From Eledone cirrhosa (Eukaryota), in NCBI GenBank assembly GCA_964016885.1, contig OZ024740.1, positions 437,658,001 through 437,722,000 on the forward strand: a stretch of DNA of 64,000 nt. The letters are read 5' to 3'. The stretch's first letter is position 1; every line of letters begins with the position of its first letter. Made by a program: the position numbers and the translations under genes. Shown here in pieces: positions 12,285 through 24,632 of the stretch. The notes under the pieces were generated by a model that was not told the DNA's origin, searched no databases, and was given only the letters and a program-made list of their open reading frames with translations.

Positions 12285-14282
12285 TAGTAATATCTGTATA
12301 TCTCTTCACTACAATAGTGATATGTTATATCTCTTCACTACAATAGTGATATCTGTTATATCTCTTCACTACAATAGTAATATCTGTATATCTCTTCACT
12401 ACAATAGTGATATCTGTTATATCTCTTCACTACAATAGTAATATGTGTATATCTCTTCACTACAATAGTGATATCTGTTATATCTCTTCACTACAATAGT
12501 AATATGTGTATATCTCTTCACTACAATAGTGATATCTGTTATATCTCTTCACTACAATAGTGATATCTATTATATCACTCCACTACAATAGTAATATGTG
12601 TATATCTCTTCACTACAATAGTAATATCTGTATATCTCTTCACTACAATAGTGATATCTGTTATATCTCTTCACTACAATAGTAATATCTGTATATCTCT
12701 TCACTACAATAGTGATATCTGTTATATCTCTTCACTACAATAGTATTATGTGTATATCTCTTCACTACAATAGTAATATGTGTATATCTCTTCACTACAA
12801 TAGTAATATCTGTATATCTCTTCACTACAATAGTGATATCTGTTATATCTCTTCACTACAATAGTAATATCTGTTATATCTCTTCACTACAATAGTAATA
12901 TCTGTATATCTCTTCACTACAATAGTGATATCTGTTATATCTCTTCACTACAATAGTAATATCTGTATATCTCTTCACTACAATAGTGATATCTGTTATA
13001 TCTCTTCACTACAATAGTGATATCTATTATATCTCTTCACTACAATAGTAATATGTGTATATCTCTTCACTACAATAGTAATATCTGTATATCTCTTCAC
13101 TACAATAGTAATATCTGTATATCTCTTCACTACAATAGTAATATCTGTATATCTCTTCACTACAATAGTAATATCTGTTATATCTCTTCACTACAATAGT
13201 AATATCTGTTATATCTCTTCACTACAATAGTGATATCTGTTATATCTCTTCACTACAATAGTGATATGTTATATCTCTTCACTACAATAGTGATATGTTA
13301 TATCTCTTCACTACAATAGTGATATCTGTTATATCTCTTCACTACAATAGTAATATCTGTATATCTCTTCACTACAATAGTGATATCTGTTATATCTCTT
13401 CACTACAATAGTAATATGTGTATATCTCTTCACTACAATAGTGATATCTGTTATATCTCTTCACTACAATAGTAATATGTGTATATCTCTTCACTACAAT
13501 AGTGATATCTGTTATATCTCTTCACTACAATAGTGATATCTATTATATCTCTCCACTACAATAGTAATATGTGTATATCTCTTCACTACAATAGTAATAT
13601 CTGTATATCTCTTCACTACAATAGTGATATCTGTTATATCTCTTCACTACAATAGTGATATCTGTTATATCTCTTCACTACAATAGTGATATCTGTTATA
13701 TCTCTTCACTACAATAGTGATATCTGTTATATCTCTTCACTACAATAGTGATATCTGTTATATCTCTTCACTACAATAGTGATATCTGTTATATCTCTTC
13801 ACTACAATAGTGATATCTGTTATATCTCTTCACTACAATAGTGATATCTGTTATATCTCTTCACTACAATAGTAATATCTGTATATCTCTTCACTACAAT
13901 AGTAATATCTGTATATCTCTTCACTACAATAGTGATATCTGTTATATCTCTTCACTACAATAGTAATATGTGTATATCTCTTCACTACAATAGTGATATA
14001 TGTTATATCTCTTCACTACAATAGTGATATATGTTATATCTCTTCACTACAATAGTGATATCTGTTATATCTCTTCACTACAATAGTGATATCTGTTATA
14101 TCTCTTCACTACAATAGTAATATGTGTATATCTCTTCACTACAATAGTGATATCTGTATATCTCTTCACTACAATAGTAATATCTGTATATCGCTTCACT
14201 ACAATAGTGATATCTGTTATATCTCTTCACTACAATAGTGATATCTGTTATATCTCTTCACTACAATAGTGATATCTGTTAT
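12285..14282. repeat. 30/31-bp minisatellite (atatctcttcactacaatagt[g/a]atatctgt[t]), about 65 copies
   Basis: Direct tandem repeats. Confidence 0.95.
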
Positions 14283-14394
14283 TACAACTAAAATTCTCCA
14301 TGATGTGTGTCTGTGGGTATGTGTTGGTGTGTTGGTGTGGGTGTGTGTGTGTTGGTGGATGTGTTGGTGTGTTGGTGTTGGTGGATGTGTTGAT

Positions 14395-14945
14395 AATAAT
14401 AATGAAAATATTGTGTATAGTGCTCAGGTGCACTACAACTCATCAAAAAGTGTATGTATAGTACATAGGGTAATATACAAACGTTAGGAAAATGAACAGT
14501 GCATGAATCATGATATACACATGTGTGCATGTGTATGGAAAGGGTTCATCAGGTGTAGTTTTGGCAAATTTCGGGAAGCATGAGAGTTTTAAAGGATGCA
14601 GACTCTCGACAGCTAACAACTGACGCAGGCAGTTTGTTCCATGCTTCAGCAACTCTAAGCGTGAAAAAATGTTTCCGAAAGTCATGGGATCTGTGCTGTT
14701 TTCTGACTTAGTAGGCATGTCTATATGTGTTAGACACATGGAGATCAAAAAGGTGCTCAGGGTTGTTGTTGGCAAGATGGTTAATAACTTTGTGGGTGTT
14801 TACCAAGTCCATTGCCAGACATCGGAGCTTCAATGAATCCATGCCCAGGGAAGCAAGGCATTCAGAGCATGGTAGATGCCTGATGGTGGGTATTGGCTTG
14901 GTTGCACATCTCTGAACAGTTTCCAGGAGGTCAATGTTCTGAGCA
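14395..14945 (-). mobile_element. CR1-like LINE 3' fragment
   Basis: Minus frames give QRCATKPIPTIRHLPCSECLASLGMDSLKLRCLAMDLVNTHKVI and FFTLRVAEAWNKLPASVVS...SFKT, matching CR1/L2-group C-terminal motifs. Related pieces lie at 49375-49565 and 50232-50465. Confidence 0.75.
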
Positions 14946-15482
14946 AGATAGGGGTTGGTGTTGGTGTTGGTGGATGTGTTGATGTGTTGGTGTACATCTG
15001 TGTGTGTGTGTTGGTGGATGTGTTGGTGTTCGTGGATGTGTTGGTGTTCGTGGATGTGTTAGTGTGTTGGTAGATGTGTTGATGTTGGTGGATGTGTTGG
15101 TGTGTGTGTGTGTGTGTTGGTAGCACTGGCTCTATCAATGCAACTCACAAATTGATGTACCAATATACACACACAGCAACTCATACTCACACACACACAC
15201 ACAACTCACACATGTAAACAGACACACACATATAAACAGACACACACATATAGACTGACACACACACACAACAGGTTATTAATGATTGTAAAATATAGTT
15301 GTAGAGTATACTCAGGTGTAGAGAATTGTTAATAATTAGATGACTGAAAATAGTGACATGATGATGACAGTGGTGGTGGTGGTGGTGGTGGTGATGATGA
15401 CTGGTTGTGGTGAGGGTGACGGTGGTGGTGGTGGTGATGGTGGAGAGGGTGGTGTAGATGATGGTGGTGGTGGTGGTAGTGA

Positions 15483-15677
15483 TAATAATTGTTTCTACTA
15501 TTGGCACAAGGCCAGCTATCACCCCAGTGTATTACTGGTACTTTATTTTATCGACCCCGTAAGGATGAAAGGCAAAGTTAACCTTGGCAGGATTTGAACT
15601 CAGAATGGCAAGGGCCGTAACTCTATGCGTCAAAGCATGGCATCTGACCCTCTACCGATACTGCCAATTTACCGCCC
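15483..15677 (-). mobile_element. Meta-domain-like SINE
   Basis: Reverse complement of ggcggt..attggcagtatcggtagagg...ctgagttcaaatcctgcc...cctttcatccttacggggtcgataaaataaagtaccag. Confidence 0.8.
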
Positions 15678-15764
15678 CTTGGTGGTGGTGATAATAATAA
15701 TCACTGCTACTTTTCTTGTGTTTGGTACTTACATTTAGTTTGAAAGAGATACATAAAGCTGAGA

Positions 15765-17020
15765 GTATAATAGAGAGAGAGTGATAAAGAGAGTGTAATA
15801 TAGAGAGGTATAGAGGAAGAGAGTGTAATAGCGAGAGTGATAGAAGAAGAGAGTGTAATAGAGAGAGTGATAGAGGAAGATAGTGTGATAGAGAAAGGGA
15901 GTGTGATAGAGAGAGTGTAATAGAGAGAGGGATAGAGGAAGAGAGTGTAATAGAGAGATTGATAGAGGAAGGGAGTGTAATAGAGAGATTGATAGAGGAA
16001 GGGAGTGTAATAGAGAGAGTGATAGAGGAAGATAGTGTGATAGAGAAAGGGAGTGTGATAGAGGAAGGGAGTGTAATAGAGAGAGGGATAGAGGAAGAGA
16101 GTGTAATAGAGAGAGTGCTACAGGAAGAGAGTGTAATAGAGATAGGGATAGAGGAAGAGAGTGTAATAGAGAGAGTGATAGGGGAAGAGAGTGTAATAGA
16201 GAGAGAGATAGAGGAAGAGAGTGTAATAGAGAGAGTGATAGAGGAAGAGAGTGTAATAGAGAGAGGGATAGAGGAAGAGAGTGTAATAGAGAGATTGATA
16301 GAGGAAGGGAGTGTAATAGAGAGATTGATAGAGGAAGGGAGTGTAATAGAGAGAGTGATAGAGGAAGAGAGTGTAATAGAGAGAGTGATAGGGGAAGAGA
16401 GTGTAATAGAGAGAGGGATAGAGGAAGGGAGTGTAATAGAGAGAGTGATAGAGGAAGAGAGTGTAATAGAGAGAGTGATAGGGGAAGAGAGTGTAATAGA
16501 GAGAGGGATAGAGGAAGGGAGTGTAATAGAGAGAGTGATAGGGGAAGAGAGTGTAATAGAGAGAGAGATACAGGAAGAGAGTGTAATAGAGAGAGTGATA
16601 GAGGAAGGGAGTGTAATAGAGAGAGTGGTAGAGGAAGAGAGTGTAATAGAGAGAGGGATAGAGGAAGAGAGTGTAATAGAGAGAGTGATAGGGGAAGAGA
16701 GTGTAATAGAGAGAGAGATAGAGGAAGAGAGTGTAATAGAGGAAGTGAGTGTAATAGAGAGAGTGATAGAGGAAGAGAGTGTAATAGAGAGAGTGATAGA
16801 GGAAGAGAGTGTAATAGAGAGAGGGATAGAGGAAGTGAGTGTAATAGAGAGTGTGATGGAGGAAGGGAGTGTAATAGAGAGAGTGATAGAGAGAGGGGGT
16901 GTAATAGAGAGAGTGTAATAGAGAGAGGGATATAGGAAGGGAGTGTAATAGAGGGAGGGAGTGTAATAGAGAGTGTGATAGAGGAAGAGAGTGTAATAGA
17001 GAGCGTGATGGAGGAAGAGA
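15765..17020. repeat. 30-bp purine-rich minisatellite (gagagtgtaatagagagagtgatagaggaa)
   Basis: Direct tandem repeats. They explain the long low-complexity ORFs. Confidence 0.95.
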
Positions 17021-18299
17021 GTACCAGAATGGTTTTGACACAACTTAGTAGATTGTCCATACTCTTGAGGATTGTATGGTGCTGCAGCCTGTTGGGCTGT
17101 GACTCAGACACCTTAACTACTATATTGGGATTTTGTTTCGATTAGGGCCAAGTCTAGCATGGACCAATGGTTAATATTGGCACATTCACTATATTTAGCA
17201 TTGTTGAAAGCAACATTTTGATAATTGCTGATCAAAGTCATCTAAACAGTTTATTGTTCTGAAATAAAAACAACAAAAGCAAAGCCAAAAACAAAAGGTC
17301 CCTATTTAATAAAGGAGCCTGGTTTTTATAATAGATATGACCAGCAATCTCTTTTGCTTGATTATTTCTGCACTTTCCATTGAAAGCCCATTGTGTAGAA
17401 CAGCAACAATACTGAAGTAGGTATCAAGGGAATATCTTTATACTTCCATCCTCCTTTTAGTTATGGGTAGCTTACTCTATTAACAACTCTCTTACTTTCA
17501 TTACTCTCTTTCTCTCTGTTTCTTTATCAATCAACAAAATCATGCCACGTGTAAGTGTGAGGTGACGGCTCTATTATAGATGAGTGAATGAATATATTAG
17601 AGAGATAGAGGGAAATAAGAGAGAGGGAGAGTGACAATGTGCATGCGTGTGTGTTTATAATATGCAGGTTAGTGTGTATCAGTAAATATGTATGTGTAAG
17701 TAGAATGTGGTTATAATGATGTAGTGTGGTAGTGGGGAATGAGCGAGATAGATAGGAGGGAGAGAATAGAGAGAAGAGTGTGTGTAAGTAGAATGTGATT
17801 ATAATGATAGATGTAGTGTGGTGGTGGGGAATGATTATACATGTGTCTATGTCACTCTTTATCCCCATGTGTTTTTATTTGTGTCTGTGTATGTATATAT
17901 ATACATACACACACAAGATGTTAGAAGATAGATGCTGGCAATGTAACAGACTATTAAACAACAGTCTGTTTATAGTTTTGTTATAACACAGAGGAAGGTG
18001 GTGTGAGTGGTGGTGGTGGTGGTGGTGGTGGTGATACCAGCTAAACAACAACATCAGAGCCAATGGTTCTGTGGTTCAAATTTCATCTCCATTCACCTCT
18101 CACCTCTCTTCATAAACCATTATTACCCCTTCTATTGGTATATTTCTCATGAAAGACACTGCCTATCATAATAATCAACAACTTGCAAAGATATTGCAAT
18201 ATAACTTCCTCATTATTTAGCTACTCTTTACAACATGAAGATTCCTACATAAAATTCTGATTAAAACTTTAAGATAATAAAACTCTAAGATAAACAGCT

Positions 18300-18347
<48 letters not shown>

Positions 18348-18360
18348 GTATGTGTGTGTG

Positions 18361-18445
<85 letters not shown>

Positions 18446-18465
18446 GTATATATATATATATATGC
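18300..18465. repeat. (TA)n/(TG)n microsatellite; first of many such tracts (e.g. 20245-20475, 22836-23296, 23505-23755, 26330-26690, 46230-46692, 53900-54565, 62020-62430)
   Basis: Visible directly in the sequence. Confidence 0.95.
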
Positions 18466-18615
18466 AGAGGTTATATTTAATTTGTTGGGATTCAACAAGC
18501 TTAAAAAATGTTATAACTGATATAAAGCACTCAACAATATAGTGGAAGCCCCAACCATTAAGGTTGTCTTTCTTTTTTTCCGGGTATATCAATATTTATT
18601 TATAAAACAAATCTG

Positions 18616-18681
18616 TATTTTATCTGATGAAAGTGCACCATTATTTTTCTTGGTTGCCCTCGAAATATGTATAATAAAATA
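18616..18681 (+). ncRNA. Type I hammerhead ribozyme motif (PLE terminal repeat)
   Basis: tattttat-CTGATGA-[aagtgcacca...tggttgccctc]-GAAA-tatgta-TA-ataaaata. Stem I is 8 bp and stem II is imperfect. A homolog lies at 30549-30614. Confidence 0.7.
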
Positions 18682-18878
18682 AATATGGTTTTATAAATAT
18701 AGTTTCCATTTATTAATATATTGTATATATATATATTTCTGTTTGTGTGTATATACGGCCATCCAAAAGTGTGTAAATATGTATATACACATGTACATAT
18801 GTATTAATTAATTAATTAATAATTATTAATAATGGTATATCGTGCAATGGCCATACTGATAACGAGGTGGCAGCCATC

Positions 18879-18914
<36 letters not shown>

Positions 18915-18949
18915 ATATATATATATGTATGTATATATGTATATATATA

Positions 18950-19990
18950 TATAAATATTGTTATACTTTGGGAGGGTCATGTTGCCAATAAGAAACACAC
19001 GCACCAGTTGCTTTCACTTCAATTTATTATATATTTATAACTTTATAAATTTCTGGTTGGTTGGTTGGTTGGTTCCACAACCAGATAGTTGTTTATATAT
19101 AGTCATAGTTCTTTCGTCACACACTCTGTGACCTCTTCAGTGACTGGGGATTCCTTTCTTTGTTCTGTCCTACGCCATTTTGTTTCTGTGTGTGTGTTGT
19201 GTGCTCAGTCTGCGCATGCGCCACATCCGGGTGTCTGTGTGTGTTTATGTTCATTTATTTATTTGTTTATTTACATGTTACTGGTTGGTTGTTTGTTCTA
19301 TGTTTGTGTGTGTTTTCATTTTGTCCTTAATTGTAAGTTGTGATGTTGCTGTTCCACTCATATTTTCTATTTAATTTTGGTTGTAATTCTTTTATGTTTA
19401 TTGCCTCTGTAATTTGTCTAAACATTGCATCTTTTCTGTGTGTAGATTCTATTTTTATTTCTATGTTCTCTAATTTACCCTTGTGTTCTATTTTAGCATG
19501 TTGGTAGAGTACAGATGATTCTTTATTATCTTGAAGGTCTCGCCAGTGTTCATTTATCCGTTCCCCTATACTACGAGCTGTCTCACCTATGTACACTATA
19601 TTTTTGTCTCTACATTGGCCTTCAGTACATCTTATGCTATACACTACATTTCTAGTTTTACAGTTAATATGGGGGGCTTATTTTACAGGTTATACATTTC
19701 TTATCTATACATGAGGGTCTTTGAAAAGGGTATGTCTTGCTAATAAGTGTTTTTATGGAGGTAACTGGTCTTTCTACTATCTTAATATTGAGTTTATGTT
19801 TATTTAGGGCCCTTCTAAATTTGTAAGCTAATTCACCTCTAGGGGTTGTATCGATGAACATTACACTGTGGTATTTATTGCTATCATACCATGAGTTTAT
19901 TCTATTAGCCTTGTTCCTAGTTCTTTCTATTCTATTCCAAAATTTGCTCCTATACAAGGGGCAGGTCCCATTTATGTCATTATTTACCAT
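18950..19990 (-). mobile_element. Penelope-like element 3' part (Neptune-like): GIY-YIG endonuclease, 3' UTR and hammerhead
   Basis: Frameshifted ORFs CPLYRSKFW...SVMFIDTTPRGELA...C....CITC and YSIRC...C...YIGETARSIGERINEH...H...H...RQITEAINI...LN. An HHR follows downstream on the same strand. Confidence 0.9.
19101..19145 (-). ncRNA. Minimal type I hammerhead ribozyme
   Basis: Minus strand: agtca-CTGAAGA-g-gtcaca-gagtg-tgtgac-GAAA-gaac-TA-tgact. Stem I is 5 bp and stem II is 6 bp. Confidence 0.85.
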
Positions 19991-20316
19991 CTAAACAAAT
20001 TCAGAAACGAAATATGTATAAATATATATATATATATATGTAAATATCTTTAAGTCGTTTGGAAGCCTCGACAATGCAAATGGGTAAATCTCCGGGTAAC
20101 AAGATCCGGTGGTGGAGAGAGAGATGTAAGTGGGTGTATGTTGAGATGCATGGTGTGTATGAGATGTGTAGAAGAATGAAGGAAAGAGTATAAAGGATAA
20201 GATAAAATAAAATAACAACACGAGAGAGAGTTACCTTGGGAATGTGTATATGTGTATGTCTATATGTATGTGTATGTGTATATATATATGTATGTGTATG
20301 TATATATATATATATT

Positions 20317-20357
<41 letters not shown>

Positions 20358-20439
20358 ATATATATATATGTATGTGTGTATATATATATATGTATGTGTG
20401 TATATATATATATGTATGTGTGTGTATATATATATATAT

Positions 20440-20470
<31 letters not shown>

Positions 20471-20475
20471 CACAC

Positions 20476-21965
20476 ACGTGCTGTAATCTGGTGGGCTCTT
20501 AGAAAACTAGGAGTAGATGAATGGCTTGTGAAAGCGGTACAAGCCATGTATAGGGGAGCAGTCAGCAAAGTTAGGATTAGCAATGAGTATAGCGAGGAAT
20601 TTAGCGTACAGGTTGGGGTCCACCAGGGCTCTGTTCTTAGCCCCATCCTGTTCATCATAGTCCTGCAGGCAATAACGGAGGAGTTTAAGACCGGATGCCC
20701 ATGGGAACTCCTGTATGCTGATGACCTCGCACTTATAGCTGAATCTATGGTAGAAATAGAGAAGAAATTCCAAACTTGGAAGCAGGGACTAGAAAGAAAG
20801 GGTCTCAAAGTCAACATGACAAAGACTAAGGTCCTTGTAAGTAGACGAGAAAACAGAACCCAGATCCCCTCAGGGAAATGGCCTTGCTCAGTATGTAGGA
20901 AAGGTGTAGGTAGGAACTCCATTCTCTGCCCGAAATGCAAACAAGAGATGTAGCGGGATCTCAGGAAGCTTAATTAAGAATGTAGGCTTCACATGCAGCA
21001 GCTGTGCTGGGACAGCAAGCAGCAAACAGCCACAGGAAACAAGTACCACCAATCTCTGGGAGGGCTCTGTAGAAACAGTAGACAGCTTCTACTACCTAGG
21101 TGATCGAATTAGCAGCGGAAGTGGGTGTTCAGAAAGTACAATAACTAGGGTAAGAACGGGATGGAAGAAGTTTAGGGAACTACTACCACTGCTAGCTGCA
21201 AAAGGCTTCTCCCTCAAAATGAAAGGCAGGCTCTATGATGCGTGTATCCGAACAGCGATGTTGCATGGTAGAGAGACCTGGGCGCTGAAGGTGGAAGACT
21301 TACGTAGATTAGAGAGAAACGAAGCCTGCATGCTCCGATGGATGTGTAACAGTAATATACGCGACCGACAAAGCATAAATGAATTGAGAGAGAGACTGAG
21401 CATAAGAGGAATTAAATGCTGTGTGCAGGAGAGGCGGTTGCGCTGGTATGGACATGTGATGCGTATGAAGGATGACAGCTGCATAAAAAGGTGCAGAGCA
21501 CTAGAAGTCGATGGAAACCGCAGAGTAGGGAGACCCAAGATGAACTGGGATGAGGTGACAAAAGCCGACCTTACCCAATTACACCTCTCAAAGGTGATGA
21601 CACACAACCGTGACCTCTGGCGTCACGCAGTAATACAGAGTACCCGACCTCCCATGGGTACAAGCTGAAGCATATAGACAATATGCCCCCACACCCCCCA
21701 CCGCAAGGTGGTCGTGGAGGTGCCACGGCAAAAAAGCACCCAGCCCACACTGTAAAGTGGACGTGTAGGCGCCACGAAAAAGCACCCAGCACTCACTGTA
21801 AATGAGGTTGGTGTTAGGAAGGGCATCCAGCTGTAGAAATCAAGCCAAATCAGTTCCTGTATGAGCAAGGCATGGTCAGCCAACCAGATACTGCCCACAA
21901 CAGGACAACCCGTCTAACCCATGCTAGCGTGGAAGAACGGACGTAAAACGGTGATGATGATGATA
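20476..21965 (+). mobile_element. RTE LINE family B, 5'-truncated and frameshifted, with (GAT)n tail
   Basis: [26 protein letters not shown] and GRP motifs, plus the 3' UTR ending gatgatgat. Confidence 0.95.
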
Positions 21966-22026
21966 TATATATATATGTATGTGTGTATATATATATGTAT
22001 GTGTATGTATATATATATATATATAT

Positions 22027-22840
22027 ATATGAGAATAAACGTGCTGCGGGGTTGCTAATGGGTTACATATGAATAAAGTTAGTCCTTCATCAGTGATCGA
22101 CTTGTTTTAGCCGTTGCTCGCACCAACCGGAGGTATCTGGTCTTTAAAGCGATGAAATACCAATGATGGTTGGAAGATCACTGATGAAGGACTAACTTTA
22201 TTCATATGTAACTCATTAGCAACCCCGCAACACGTTTATTCTCATATTTACACATTTTTTTCCCCGCTGTTACTCGTCTATTTCGTTCTTACTGCTTCCT
22301 CTTTCTCTGTATCTTTACCCTCTCTAGCAGTCACTCTCTCTGTTAGCCTCTTCCTCACCCTTCACTCACTCATTCTCTGTTACTACCTCTCCTCCTCCTC
22401 CTTCTTCCCGTTTGACCTGTGCGTAATTCTTTTCTTTCGCACACTTGGTCTGGCAGGTCGCTTTTTTTTCTCTCTCTCGTCTACGATTTCACAGAACTTA
22501 TGTTTACCGAATTCACAGACTAGATCCCTTCTTCCTCCCGTTAGACCTGTGCGAAATTCATTCCTTGCTCACATTCCAACCAGGTTTGATGGTCTTTATT
22601 CTCTCTCGTTCATGATTTCACCGAATTTAAATTCATAGAAATTTGGGACTTGACTCCTTCTTCCTCACTTTTCGTTGCTTCACCATTTTTGTTTGTTTAC
22701 ACTCGTGTCCCCTTTATTTACGTGTCCCAACGACTTTTTTTAGCTGTTGCCCGCACCAACCGGAGGTATATGGTCTTTAAAGCAATGAAATACCAATGAT
22801 GGTTGGAAGATCACTGATAAAGGACTAACTTTATTCATAT
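22027..22840 (+). mobile_element. Non-coding (TA)n-flanked insert with PLE-like architecture (inverted repeat 22027-22098/22177-22246, direct repeat 22103-22207/22737-22840)
   Basis: The repeats are visible directly. A CTGATGA is present but I could not complete an HHR fold. Confidence 0.55.
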
Positions 22841-22917
22841 ATATATATATATATGTGTGTGTGTATATATGCGTGTGTGTGTGTGTATATATGTGTGTGT
22901 GTGTGTGTATATATATA

Positions 22918-22960
<43 letters not shown>

Positions 22961-22975
22961 ATATATATATATATA

Positions 22976-23016
<41 letters not shown>

Positions 23017-23129
23017 ATATATATATATGTGTGTGTATATATATATATATGTGTGTGTGTATATATATATATATATATGTGTGTGTGTATATATATATAT
23101 ATGTGTGTGTGTATATATATATATATATA

Positions 23130-23172
<43 letters not shown>

Positions 23173-23295
23173 ATATATATATATGTGTATATATATATTT
23201 ATGTATATATATATATATGTGTATATATATATTTATATGTATGTGTATATATATATAAATATATATATGTATGTGTATATATACATATATATATA

Positions 23296-23504
23296 TAGGA
23301 ACGAGTAGGACCCCGACGGCTGAGCTCAAGCCGTTTCGACAGCTAATTCTGGACTCAGAATTCTGAGTCCAGAATTAGCCGTCAAAACGGCTTGAGCTCA
23401 GCCGTCGGGGTCCTACTCGTTCCTATTACCCACTCTACTACCCTAAGTATTGAGTACTTTCGTGCGTTATGGTCCACCTGGTTCCTTACCACATTTCCTT
23501 CGTT
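23296..23504 (+). mobile_element. Fold-back half-hammerhead element (same family as 8088-8266)
   Basis: Palindrome 23296-23426 centred on gaattc (23358-23363). The 3' end abuts (TA)n. Confidence 0.75.
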
Positions 23505-23754
23505 ATATATATATATATATATACGTATGCACATATATATATATATATATGTATGTGTATATGTATATATATATATATACGTATGTACATATATATATAT
23601 ATATGTGTGTATGTATATATATATATACATATATATATATATGTATGTGTGTATGTATATATATATATACATATATATATATACATATATATATATATGT
23701 ATGTGTGTATATATATGTATGTGTGTGTATATATATATATATATATGTGTGTGT

Positions 23755-24342
23755 ATCATCATCATCATCATCATCAACGTTTAACGTCCGTGTTCCACGC
23801 TTGCATGGGTTTGGACGGGGGTAGTCCCACTTGAGGCAAGAGTGATTGTCTTGCTCGCATAGGACTGTCTGGCAGGTTTTCTACAGTTGGATGCCCTTCC
23901 TAACACCAACCACATTTACAGTGTGGGTCTGGGAGGTTTTTACCGTGTTGCCTACACGGCCACATTACAGCGTGGACTGTGTGTTTTTTTGTCGTGACAC
24001 CTACACGATCTCATTTATTTCGGCCTGGATGGCGCGGCACCAACATAACTTTACATAGAACGGGGTGGTGTGGATGGGGTGGGGGTGGGACGGGGTGTAT
24101 TTTGTTAGAGATGCCTACTGGCTGGAGTAGGTTTTACTATATATTTAGGTAAGGCGGGTCTTCTCTGTTACTGAGTACCGCCAAAGGTCTCGGTCCAGTG
24201 ACATTGTCTTGGAGAGGTGTAAGTGTGTGATGTCGGAGTTTATCAGCTCGTCCCAGGTTTTTCTAGGTCTGCCTATTCCGTGACTACCGTCTATCTTTAT
24301 TGCCCTGCACTTTGTTATACAGCTATCGACTTTCATGCGCAT
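23755..24342 (-). mobile_element. RTE LINE family A 3' end
   Basis: Encodes MRMKVDSCITKCRAIKIDGSHGIGRPRKTW. Reverse complement of 61060-61650. Confidence 0.95.
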
Positions 24343-24632
24343 ATATATATATATGTATGTGTGTATATATATATGTATGTGTATATATATATATACCGTT
24401 AAGGGTGGAAGCAGCGATTCTTTGCTTAAACTTTAATCTGTTATTTTAATAAATATATATATGTAAGTGTATTAATTATACTATTTATGGTTATGTAAAT
24501 ACAAAAACCTTTTGCAGTTATATATATTTTTATACAAACCCTAAATAGTGGTAGGCAGTAATATATTACTACCTTATTACCAGTAAGTTAAGTAGCTCAA
24601 TGTAAAAACATCAGATGATTTACAGAGCAGTT

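Noticed and set aside
17030-17110. Minus-frame peptide AAPYNPQEYGQSTKL resembling an integrase PYxPQxNG motif
   Set aside because: It is too short and has no supporting flanking motifs.
15652-17111. 300-460-aa ORFs on both strands
   Set aside because: They are artefacts of a 30-bp minisatellite that is open in several frames.
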